A stretch of DNA of 64,000 nucleotides from a virus: IMG/VR virus record IMGVR_UViG_3300025818_000017; one strand, given 5' to 3'. Made by a program: the position numbers and the translations under genes. Below, piece after piece: positions 55,721 through 62,807 of the stretch (positions are counted from its first letter, which is position 1; every line of letters begins with the position of its first letter). The notes beneath the pieces were generated by a model that ran no database searches, was not told the DNA's origin, and saw nothing but the letters and a program-made list of their open reading frames with translations.

Positions 55721-55975
55721 CATATGCTGAGAATAGTGTATAATCATACTATAGACAGTTAGGAGATAATAAAATGATTGATCCAAAATACATCAAAAAC
55801 CCAAACGAAGTGTTGTTTTCTACGGGCAGCGGTGCTTGGAAATACTGTCTCAAACACGGTGGCAAGCCAGATTATTACCGTAAATTTGGCCTATATCGGG
55901 TGAAAAAAAGTGACGGAAAGTACTTGACATATGCTGAAATTAGTGTATAATCATACTATAGACAGTTAGGAGATA
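55716..55975 (+). repeat. 53-bp direct repeat (55716-55768, 55923-55975), each a complete promoter plus RBS
   Basis: CTTGACATATGCTGA(gaa/aat)TAGTGTATAATCATACTATAGACAGTTAGGAGATA; 51/53 identical. Confidence 0.92.
55774..55950 (+). CDS. 58-aa early protein between the promoter repeats (not in ORF track)
   Basis: AGGAG SD; MIDPKYIKNPNEVLFSTGSGAWKYCLKHGGKPDYYRKFG...YLTYAEISV. Confidence 0.65.
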   Translation: MIDPKYIKNPNEVLFSTGSGAWKYCLKHGGKPDYYRKFGLYRVKKSDGKYLTYAEISV

Positions 55976-55978
55976 TCA

Positions 55979-57292
55979 ATGTCCGCAGAAACCACTACCC
56001 AAGCAGATAAAAAGAGTGAACTGGTCGGTCTGGAAATCGATCCGATTCTTGACGAGCGTTCCCGTGACCGTCTTATGGACGCCAAAACGATGCTGCTTTT
56101 CAAGTCTCCGTTTTTCGGTCAGCTTTGCTCCCGTCTTCCGCTGGTAAATGCGGATGCGTGGTGCCCGACTGCTGCTACTGACGGTGCCCATTTCTATTAC
56201 AACTCACGTTTCATTGAGCAGTTGACCGACGAAGAACTGGTGTTCTTGTTCGGTCACGAAGTGCTGCACTGTGTGTATGACCATATGGGCCGCACCAAGG
56301 ATCACCAGTATGACCCGCAGTTGTCTAACATCGCACAAGATTATGTTGTGAACGCTGACCTCATTCAGCAGCGCCTTGGTGACCGTATCACCACTGTTCC
56401 TTGCCTGTATGATGCAAAGTTTGCTGGCTGGTCTTCTGACGAGGTTTACAACTACCTCTACGAAAACGCCGAAAAGATTGATTTGGAAGAACTGATGAAA
56501 CAGGTTCTTGACGAGCATCTTGAAGGCGAAGATGGTGAAGGCGAAGGCGATGGTGATATCGAAACCGATGAAAACGGTAACAAAACTTCAAAGTCCAAGC
56601 CCAAGTTGAGCGAAGAACAGAAGCAGCAGATTCGTGACGAACTCCGTGCTGCTGTAGTCAACGCTGCCAAGTCTGATCCCAAAGCTGGTAATCTCCCTGG
56701 TGGTATTCAGCGTATTCTGAAAGAACTGGAAGAGCCGAAGGTTGATTGGCGTGAGTACTTGCAGATGGATATTCAGTCCACCATCAAATCGGACTTCTCA
56801 TTTATGCGTCCGTCCCGTAAAGCTTGGCACACTGGCGCTTGTTTGCCGGGTATGATCAACGACGATACCATTGATATCGTAGTTGCGATTGACCTTTCTG
56901 GTTCGGTTGGCGAAACGCAGATGCGTGACTTCATCAGCGAAATCAAAGGCATTATGACGCTGTATCCTTCCTTCAAGTTGAAGTTGTTCACCTTTGATAC
57001 GAAAGTTTACAACGACGAAGACTTTGACGAAATGAACGCCGATGATATGGACCACTATCCTTTCAACGGTGGTGGCGGTACGATGTTTGAGTGCTGCTGG
57101 GAGCATATGAAGGCTCATGACATTCAGCCGAAGCGGTTCATTATGTTCACCGATGGGTATCCTTGCGGTACTTGGGGTGACGAAGACTACTGCGACACCG
57201 TGTTCGTTGTCCATACTGGCGGATACGCTGGTGATAACTCTCCCGTTGCCCCGTTTGGCATAACGGTCAACTATGAGGAAGCAAGCAAATGA
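55979..57292 (+). CDS. metallopeptidase-like + VWA domain protein (DUF2201-type)
   Basis: PTAATDG, HEVLH (HExxH), NIAQDYVVN; acidic linker; AIDLSGS, GGGGT.F, IMFTDGY. Confidence 0.85.
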   Translation: MSAETTTQADKKSELVGLEIDPILDERSRDRLMDAKTMLLFKSPFFGQLCSRLPLVNADAWCPTAATDGAHFYYNSRFIEQLTDEELVFLFGHEVLHCVYDHMGRTKDHQYDPQLSNIAQDYVVNADLIQQRLGDRITTVPCLYDAKFAGWSSDEVYNYLYENAEKIDLEELMKQVLDEHLEGEDGEGEGDGDIETDENGNKTSKSKPKLSEEQKQQIRDELRAAVVNAAKSDPKAGNLPGGIQRILKELEEPKVDWREYLQMDIQSTIKSDFSFMRPSRKAWHTGACLPGMINDDTIDIVVAIDLSGSVGETQMRDFISEIKGIMTLYPSFKLKLFTFDTKVYNDEDFDEMNADDMDHYPFNGGGGTMFECCWEHMKAHDIQPKRFIMFTDGYPCGTWGDEDYCDTVFVVHTGGYAGDNSPVAPFGITVNYEEASK

Positions 57293-57561
57293 GTGAAGGA
57301 AAATCATCATCAGTAACCGTGAAAGTTACTCCACGACCTTTACCGGAAGTGGAGAAACTTGAGCGGGAAGTCAATGACTATCTTGGTCATAATGAAGAAC
57401 TTGTGAAACTTTTGGAAGATTACCTCAACGAATATGAGCGTATGGCGGCAGAGAATGAAAAACTCAAAGAACTTCTCAAGTCCATGCTCACCAATCCGTT
57501 GATGGGTAACGCCATCGACAAGGTTCGTGAAACCATCGAAAAGGTAAAGAAAGATGTATAA
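57289..57561 (+). CDS. hypothetical coiled-coil protein
   Basis: ORF track; ATGA overlap. Confidence 0.65.
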   Translation: MSEGKSSSVTVKVTPRPLPEVEKLEREVNDYLGHNEELVKLLEDYLNEYERMAAENEKLKELLKSMLTNPLMGNAIDKVRETIEKVKKDV

Positions 57562-58027
57562 GATTACCGTCAAAATCAAAGACAAAGAAGATCAGGTTGT
57601 TGAGTTCGAAGACAAGGATAAGGTCAAGGAAGGCGTACAGAAACTGAATGGTATGCGTTCTATGGCGGCAGAGGATTACGAGTTTATCATCGAAGATGAA
57701 GATGGTAACAGTTATGAGCCAGAGTTCTTTGGTTTGCCTCGTAAACGCCGTTTCAAAAACTCTTTGTCCAATGCCATCGATAAAGTTATCGTTAGCGAAG
57801 GCTCCCGTGAAAGCTTTGAGTGGTTGCTTGAGCATATGGCTATGAAGCGTTATGATACTTGGGATATCAGTGACTCTCTTGACGAAGTGTTCGGTGAAGT
57901 AGAAACCGTTATCAATAACGACGATATTGCTGAATATGACTTGAGCGACGAGAAGGTTGTTCAAGCGAAAGAGAACAACAAGGTATCCAAGGAAGAGTTC
58001 TTGGAAGCGTTGAAGGCGGGTGCATAA
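57554..58027 (+). CDS. hypothetical protein
   Basis: ORF track. Confidence 0.7.
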   Translation: MYKITVKIKDKEDQVVEFEDKDKVKEGVQKLNGMRSMAAEDYEFIIEDEDGNSYEPEFFGLPRKRRFKNSLSNAIDKVIVSEGSRESFEWLLEHMAMKRYDTWDISDSLDEVFGEVETVINNDDIAEYDLSDEKVVQAKENNKVSKEEFLEALKAGA

Positions 58028-58182
58028 TGGAAGATAAGGATTGGGAAGAATACGAAATCCGTGCGGAAGCCCTTCGTGCTGCTGCAAAGATTTTTGAAGG
58101 AAAAGGTTTGTCTGTGAATATGAGTAACCACAAAACAATCGAAGCCGCCAAATACTTCGAAGAATACTTGAAAAATGGATAG
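58027..58182 (+). CDS. 51-aa hypothetical protein (not in ORF track)
   Basis: TAATG coupling; MEDKDWEEYEIRAEALRAAAKIFEG...EEYLKNG. Confidence 0.6.
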   Translation: MEDKDWEEYEIRAEALRAAAKIFEGKGLSVNMSNHKTIEAAKYFEEYLKNG

Positions 58183-58414
58183 GAAAGAACGGCGAGAAAG
58201 ACATAGAAAGAAGCAGATTCCAGGAGGTGTTGAAAAATATCAATGGGTAAGTCGGTTCACCGATGAAGAAGTTGATGAAATACTGTACATCTTGGAAAAA
58301 TACGCTGCTTATTCTAGTCCTGATCATATTGAGAAAAACGATGCTTTCAATATGTTATGTGAAAAAGGTTTGACTAAAGACGAAGCTAAATTTGAACTTG
58401 AAACTGCAAGGTAA
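58175..58414 (+). CDS. hypothetical protein
   Basis: ORF track. Confidence 0.6.
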   Translation: MDRKERRERHRKKQIPGGVEKYQWVSRFTDEEVDEILYILEKYAAYSSPDHIEKNDAFNMLCEKGLTKDEAKFELETAR

Positions 58415-58426
58415 GGAAACAGAACT

Positions 58427-58699
58427 ATGACTACACTTCGTGAAGATTTCGTATGGTGGACTATTCTACCGAAGTACAAGAAACGTGATATTGAAGCTCG
58501 TGACCGTTTCGGTGACGAGGAAGTTCGTGAGCGTATTGCTGATTCCAGCGGTAAACTCTGGCCGGGACCAGAAGAAGGGGTCCAGTACTTTGTGAAACTC
58601 TGGAACGGTGCCTATGTCGGTTTTCGTGAGACTCGTAACGAAAAAGGCAAACATAATAGGTACGCAGAGTTCCCGATTTTTGTACCAGAAAATACTTGA
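58427..58699 (+). CDS. hypothetical protein
   Basis: ORF track; AAGGA SD. Confidence 0.65.
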   Translation: MTTLREDFVWWTILPKYKKRDIEARDRFGDEEVRERIADSSGKLWPGPEEGVQYFVKLWNGAYVGFRETRNEKGKHNRYAEFPIFVPENT

Positions 58700-58724
58700 T
58701 ATACAAAAGATAATACTATATAAT
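58696..58724 (+). promoter_or_regulatory. sigma70-like promoter
   Basis: TTGATA 58696-58701, 17 nt, TATAAT 58719-58724. Confidence 0.65.
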
Positions 58725-58772
58725 AGTACTTATGATGGTAAAACATCAGGTTCTTAACAGAGGAGATTCATT

Positions 58773-59636
58773 ATGAAAGAACTTTTAAACAGAGCCGATG
58801 AACTACTTATCAAACGAGGTATCTGCGGTCACGTTGCCGCAGATCGTTTTGTGAGTGATTTCAAGGCTTATCTTATCTACTTCGAAGCACTTGGCTATGG
58901 CAGTGCAGAGAAAACAATCGCAATACTTGAAGATGACAGTAACCTCACCGATAGTGATATACTCAACACAAACTTTCGTTGCAAGATCGATGATCTGATC
59001 AGCCCTGTGCTGAAAACGGATACGATTTTCATGAAGCTGTTTGGCATTCTGTTGAGTAACAACGGCAAAGGTGTTGGGGCTGGCGAACTTGCATTGCCTC
59101 TTATCCTTTCTAACTATCGTTTTTCCAACACTTCCGATGGGGAGTTTGGCGACGATAACAAAAAGGTTGAAATCAAAAAAGACGGCGCAAGCCTCAAGCC
59201 TGTGAAAACTGGTGAGACTGAAAAGGGTCTTATTGATCGCCTTAACGCCAAGTATTGGAACGGCACTGTTCCTGGTAAGCGTAGCCATAAGCTTTTTGAA
59301 GAACATATTGCTTCTGTTACCGATCCTTCCAAGTATCGTGACTACTTCAAAGAACTGTATGTCGGCTGTGATGTTGAATCGCTTTCTGACGAAGTTGAAA
59401 AAGTCTATTCTGATCCTATCGCTTTCAACACTGCACTTGGCAAGTTTGCCTTGCGTGAGTACAAAGAGGTAGACGGTTGGAACAACATTATGTATATCAA
59501 CGGTGACAAGCGTATTGTTGTTAATATCGCTAATGTTGATGATGTTGACGATCTTAACTTGAAGTTTAGCCCTGTGATGCGCCGTGGGCGTGATACACAA
59601 GCTATCGCAGATGGTTATGTCAATGTTGTGATTTAA
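58773..59636 (+). CDS. putative PD-(D/E)xK endonuclease (restriction-enzyme-like)
   Basis: GVGAGELAL...SDGEFGDDNKKVEIKKDG; directly upstream of a Dam-like MTase. Confidence 0.45.
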   Translation: MKELLNRADELLIKRGICGHVAADRFVSDFKAYLIYFEALGYGSAEKTIAILEDDSNLTDSDILNTNFRCKIDDLISPVLKTDTIFMKLFGILLSNNGKGVGAGELALPLILSNYRFSNTSDGEFGDDNKKVEIKKDGASLKPVKTGETEKGLIDRLNAKYWNGTVPGKRSHKLFEEHIASVTDPSKYRDYFKELYVGCDVESLSDEVEKVYSDPIAFNTALGKFALREYKEVDGWNNIMYINGDKRIVVNIANVDDVDDLNLKFSPVMRRGRDTQAIADGYVNVVI

Positions 59637-59637
59637 G

Positions 59638-59666
59638 TTGCAACATAAAAAGGAAAATAGTATAAT
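59638..59666 (+). promoter_or_regulatory. sigma70-like promoter
   Basis: TTGCAA 59638-59643, 17 nt, TATAAT 59661-59666. Confidence 0.65.
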
Positions 59667-59671
59667 AGTAT

Positions 59672-60541
59672 ATGACTAAACCGTTATACATTTGGGCTGG
59701 TGGTAAGAACAAGATGTTGAAAAACTACCAGCCTTACTTCCCCGAAACTGCTAAAACATATTCCGAACCGTTCTTTGGTGGTGGCGCTATGTTTCTTCAC
59801 GTTATGGAGAAATATAATCCGACAACCAGTTACATTAACGATATCAATCAGCCACTTATCAATATCTATCTGGCTATAAAGAACGACTATGATCTGTTCA
59901 AGAAAACTCTGGATAGGTATCAAGAAAAGTACATTCCGCTATCCAAAGAAGACCGCAAGAAATACTACTACGGTCTTCGTAACGAACACGCATACCATTA
60001 TCAGAAATGGTCTATGCCGGAAGAAGCGGCAACCCTATACTTTCTGATGAAGACAGGATTTAATGGTATCTGGCAAATCAACCAGAATACCAATAACCGT
60101 TATGGAACACCTTGCGGTCTGTTGAACCAAAAAGATTCTGTGTATGATCTTGATGTGTTGGAAACGTGGCATACAATACTAACCAATAAGAATGTAGTGA
60201 TAACCTGCGGAGATTGGTCTGCCGTTCCAGTATCCGATTTCACATTCTACGATCCACCATACAGAGATAGTTTCGCTGATTATAACCAAGCATTTCCAGA
60301 TAGTGAACTTGAGAAAGTTATCGATATTGTTGAGAAAAACAAAGATGTTTGGTTGTGTAATCGTGACGCTGGCGATGGTTTTTTTGACAACCGCAACGCC
60401 ATGATGAAAACATTTGATATCACTTACACTGCTGGTCGGCGCAAGAAAACCGAAGAAGGATTTGAAGCGAAGAAAGCCTTAGAGATTCTTCTTTTCAATC
60501 CATCAAAAAATATCATTAATTTTGAAGATTTCTTTGAATAA
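59672..60541 (+). CDS. Dam-family (D12 class) N6-adenine DNA methyltransferase
   Basis: KPLYIWAGGK, YSEPFFGGGAMF, INDIN, FYDPPY. Confidence 0.9.
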   Translation: MTKPLYIWAGGKNKMLKNYQPYFPETAKTYSEPFFGGGAMFLHVMEKYNPTTSYINDINQPLINIYLAIKNDYDLFKKTLDRYQEKYIPLSKEDRKKYYYGLRNEHAYHYQKWSMPEEAATLYFLMKTGFNGIWQINQNTNNRYGTPCGLLNQKDSVYDLDVLETWHTILTNKNVVITCGDWSAVPVSDFTFYDPPYRDSFADYNQAFPDSELEKVIDIVEKNKDVWLCNRDAGDGFFDNRNAMMKTFDITYTAGRRKKTEEGFEAKKALEILLFNPSKNIINFEDFFE

Positions 60542-60545
60542 ACGC

Positions 60546-60573
60546 TTGACAAACTCTCATTTTGTGGTATACT
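60546..60573 (+). promoter_or_regulatory. early sigma70-like promoter
   Basis: TTGACA 60546-60551, 16 nt, TGgTATACT ending 60573. Confidence 0.8.
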
Positions 60574-60604
60574 CTATATATAAGTTGATAGATGGAGTTA
60601 CACA

Positions 60605-60889
60605 ATGTTGAAATTTGAAGGTATCGCAATCGGTTCTAAAATCAAAGCCTACGACTTCGAGCCTATGCCTGATCGTGGCGAGTGCTTCATTGAAGGCATC
60701 ATCACGGATGCTGGTATCGTCGGCGAGGGCTACAAAGCCTACACCATCAAAGTTACCCGTGAAGTTTTCTCCGGTGAAGAAGTTGAACTGGATGAATATT
60801 CACGCCTTGGTGAAGAAGTCTTCGTCCCGATGGAAGTTTCAATGATGGAATACGACGAGCGTGTAACTGTTCTGGAAGGTGCTGAATAA
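60605..60889 (+). CDS. hypothetical early protein (SH3-like beta barrel possible)
   Basis: GGAG SD; ORF track. Confidence 0.7.
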   Translation: MLKFEGIAIGSKIKAYDFEPMPDRGECFIEGIITDAGIVGEGYKAYTIKVTREVFSGEEVELDEYSRLGEEVFVPMEVSMMEYDERVTVLEGAE

Positions 60890-61044
60890 TGGTTGATTTG
60901 ACTTTTGAAGCAGAAGCCGCTATGATTGACGGTTTCGTAGATGGTCTTGAAGGCCGTCCGTGTAAAGATGGTCAGCATTCATTTTATCACAATGGTTACA
61001 CTGCTGGCGAAAAAGAACGCCTTGAAAGAATGGAGAGTGAATAA
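60889..61044 (+). CDS. 51-aa protein with G-x-x-D-G...G-Y-x-x-G pattern (not in ORF track)
   Basis: TAATG coupling at both ends; IDGFVDGLEGRPCKDGQHSFYHNGYTAGEKER. Confidence 0.6.
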   Translation: MVDLTFEAEAAMIDGFVDGLEGRPCKDGQHSFYHNGYTAGEKERLERMESE

Positions 61045-61259
61045 TGAGCGAAGCTTTTACGAAGATGCGTGAAGAACTGGCCCGTATGCGTAGCGAAGAT
61101 GTTCCCCGCTATGGTATCTATGCGAAAACTGGTACTGGTACTGAAATCGCTCTTTTCACTTGGCGTGGTTCGCCGGAGTTCGGCATTATGAAAGCCAAGT
61201 CCGAAGCACACGATTTCGGTATGTTTGACCTCTATGACTTTCGTGCGGAGAAACTGTGA
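61044..61259 (+). CDS. hypothetical protein
   Basis: ORF track; coupled. Confidence 0.7.
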   Translation: MSEAFTKMREELARMRSEDVPRYGIYAKTGTGTEIALFTWRGSPEFGIMKAKSEAHDFGMFDLYDFRAEKL

Positions 61260-61444
61260 TGTATGAACCTAACTTGACTGTTGGAACCATCCGCCGTGCC
61301 CTTACTGCCGCATACTTTGAAACTAAAGATGAAGGCGTCAAAGGTTTCTTAGAAACGCTGAAAGTGGTTCATGGCAATCGCAAAGCATCCTTGGAAATCA
61401 CGGATGCGGGTGAAATGAAAGTTGTATTGAGGTATAAGAAATGA
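61256..61444 (+). CDS. hypothetical protein
   Basis: ORF track; overlap coupling. Confidence 0.6.
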   Translation: MMYEPNLTVGTIRRALTAAYFETKDEGVKGFLETLKVVHGNRKASLEITDAGEMKVVLRYKK

Positions 61445-61614
61445 CTATTTTTCGTTCAAAAAATAATGGCTTGCTTTACACGATTGAGCTTGTATCCCCG
61501 ATGGATATTCTCGGTCAATGGTATGAAGCCAAACCATACAAACATTCCAAGAGCATTGGTTCTAAACTTACCGGCGTGAATCTGGAAGACTTTGAAGTGG
61601 TAGCAGTGAAATGA
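61441..61614 (+). CDS. 57-aa hypothetical protein (not in ORF track)
   Basis: MTIFRSKNNGLLYTIELV...EDFEVVAVK; fills the gap with ATGA overlap. Confidence 0.6.
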   Translation: MTIFRSKNNGLLYTIELVSPMDILGQWYEAKPYKHSKSIGSKLTGVNLEDFEVVAVK

Positions 61615-62207
61615 TTATCGCATTGCACGGATTTGGTTCATCTGGTGACAAGAGTTCTACTTGTCGTATGATCCGTGAACATTTCGGCACTGAACAACGG
61701 GTATACACTCCAACGTATGATGTAACAAACCCGTTCAAACTGTCTGCTGAACTGCGGTCACTAATCAACAAAAGTCCTTTGGAACCACTGTATATCGTTG
61801 GTATTTCGTTTGGTGGTTTTCTTGCTCGTTGGTTGGCAAACTATATCAAACCAGAGGTTCGTCCAGTATCAGGTTTGATTATGCTGAACCCTGTGTTGGA
61901 CGCTGAACCACGATTGAAAGAACGGTTGGGTGCCAATAAGAGTTTCGTTGGTGGCGAAGATATCGTTATTACCGAAGACCATATCAGTGCTTACAGGGCA
62001 TTTCGGGTAGACGAAGACCGCCATGGGTTGCCAATCAGTGTCTTGGTTGGCGGCAAAGATGACATCATTGATCCAGAACCGACTGTAAACTACTACAAAG
62101 GTCGTGCTGATGTCAAGGTTATTGGCGATGCTGACCATCGTTTCAGTGAACATAAAGAAGAAGTATTGGATTTCATTGACGAGGCTATCAACAGCATACA
62201 CGGATAA
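61611..62207 (+). CDS. YqiA/YcfP (UPF0227)-family alpha/beta hydrolase
   Basis: LHGFGSS, VGISFGG nucleophile elbow, LNPV, DDIID, DADHRF. Confidence 0.85.
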   Translation: MIIALHGFGSSGDKSSTCRMIREHFGTEQRVYTPTYDVTNPFKLSAELRSLINKSPLEPLYIVGISFGGFLARWLANYIKPEVRPVSGLIMLNPVLDAEPRLKERLGANKSFVGGEDIVITEDHISAYRAFRVDEDRHGLPISVLVGGKDDIIDPEPTVNYYKGRADVKVIGDADHRFSEHKEEVLDFIDEAINSIHG

Positions 62208-62210
62208 AGG

Positions 62211-62648
62211 TCATTCTTTGTTACGTCTTTTAGCCCACGACTTCTTTGCACATTCACTGGCGAAAACCTTGTTTTTGAAGCAGGATGTCTCACTCGCCTT
62301 CATCGCACCTTTAATATGTGCGCCGACTGCGTGTGCTGCTGCATTACCTTTCAGAGCGTTCTCACGAGAAAAACCGCCTCTTCCCCCGACTTTAGCATTA
62401 TAGTTATTTCTATCAGAAATGTATTCTTCGGTTACTATCTTCTTTTCCATCGCAACCATTTCATCATTGGTGTCAAAAATGTATAATATTTCTTTTTTGA
62501 AGTTTTCTTTGCCATACTTCTCTATGGCTTTTTTCAAATGTATGCCACTCCCGAGATAGTAATCGTTAGGATTTTTAGTTTTATGCATGCCGATATACGA
62601 CTTTCCATTGACTTGATTTATGGTTCTATAAATAGTATAATAGTACAT
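62211..62648 (-). CDS. freestanding GIY-YIG homing endonuclease (Seg-like)
   Basis: TIYRTINQVNGKSYIGMHKT, YLGSG..LKKAIEKYGKENFKKEIL, YNAKVGG. Confidence 0.88.
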   Translation of the reverse strand: MYYYTIYRTINQVNGKSYIGMHKTKNPNDYYLGSGIHLKKAIEKYGKENFKKEILYIFDTNDEMVAMEKKIVTEEYISDRNNYNAKVGGRGGFSRENALKGNAAAHAVGAHIKGAMKASETSCFKNKVFASECAKKSWAKRRNKE

Positions 62649-62653
62649 TGCTG

Positions 62654-62716
62654 TAACTCCTTGTCAGTTATAGGGTAAGCAGATATTACCAGTATCGTGG
62701 CTTACACTTTTATTTA
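62654..62716 (-). promoter_or_regulatory. late promoter and two leader hairpins of the GIY-YIG gene
   Basis: TAAATA (minus) 62711-62716; GTAAGC/GCTTAC stem 62675-62705; TAACT/AGTTA stem 62654-62670 overlapping AAGGAG. Confidence 0.55.
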
Positions 62717-62807
62717 TCATAAAATAGGGTTGGTCGCCAAATAGACCCACCAAGTTCCTTTCGTAACAAACTTTCATCCTCCGCTAAATACAGCAGAGGA
62801 TTTTTTT

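Noticed and set aside
57488-59600. Long antisense ORFs (279 aa at 57488-58327, 265 aa at 58803-59600) and similar ones such as 213-767 and 5521-6258
   Set aside because: Shadow frames of well-supported plus-strand genes, with no motifs or RBS
62646-62655. ACAGCAA before the GIY-YIG start (also at 43442 and in other coding regions)
   Set aside because: Lacks the 7-bp closing stem; sits in an SD spacer or codons, as expected by chance
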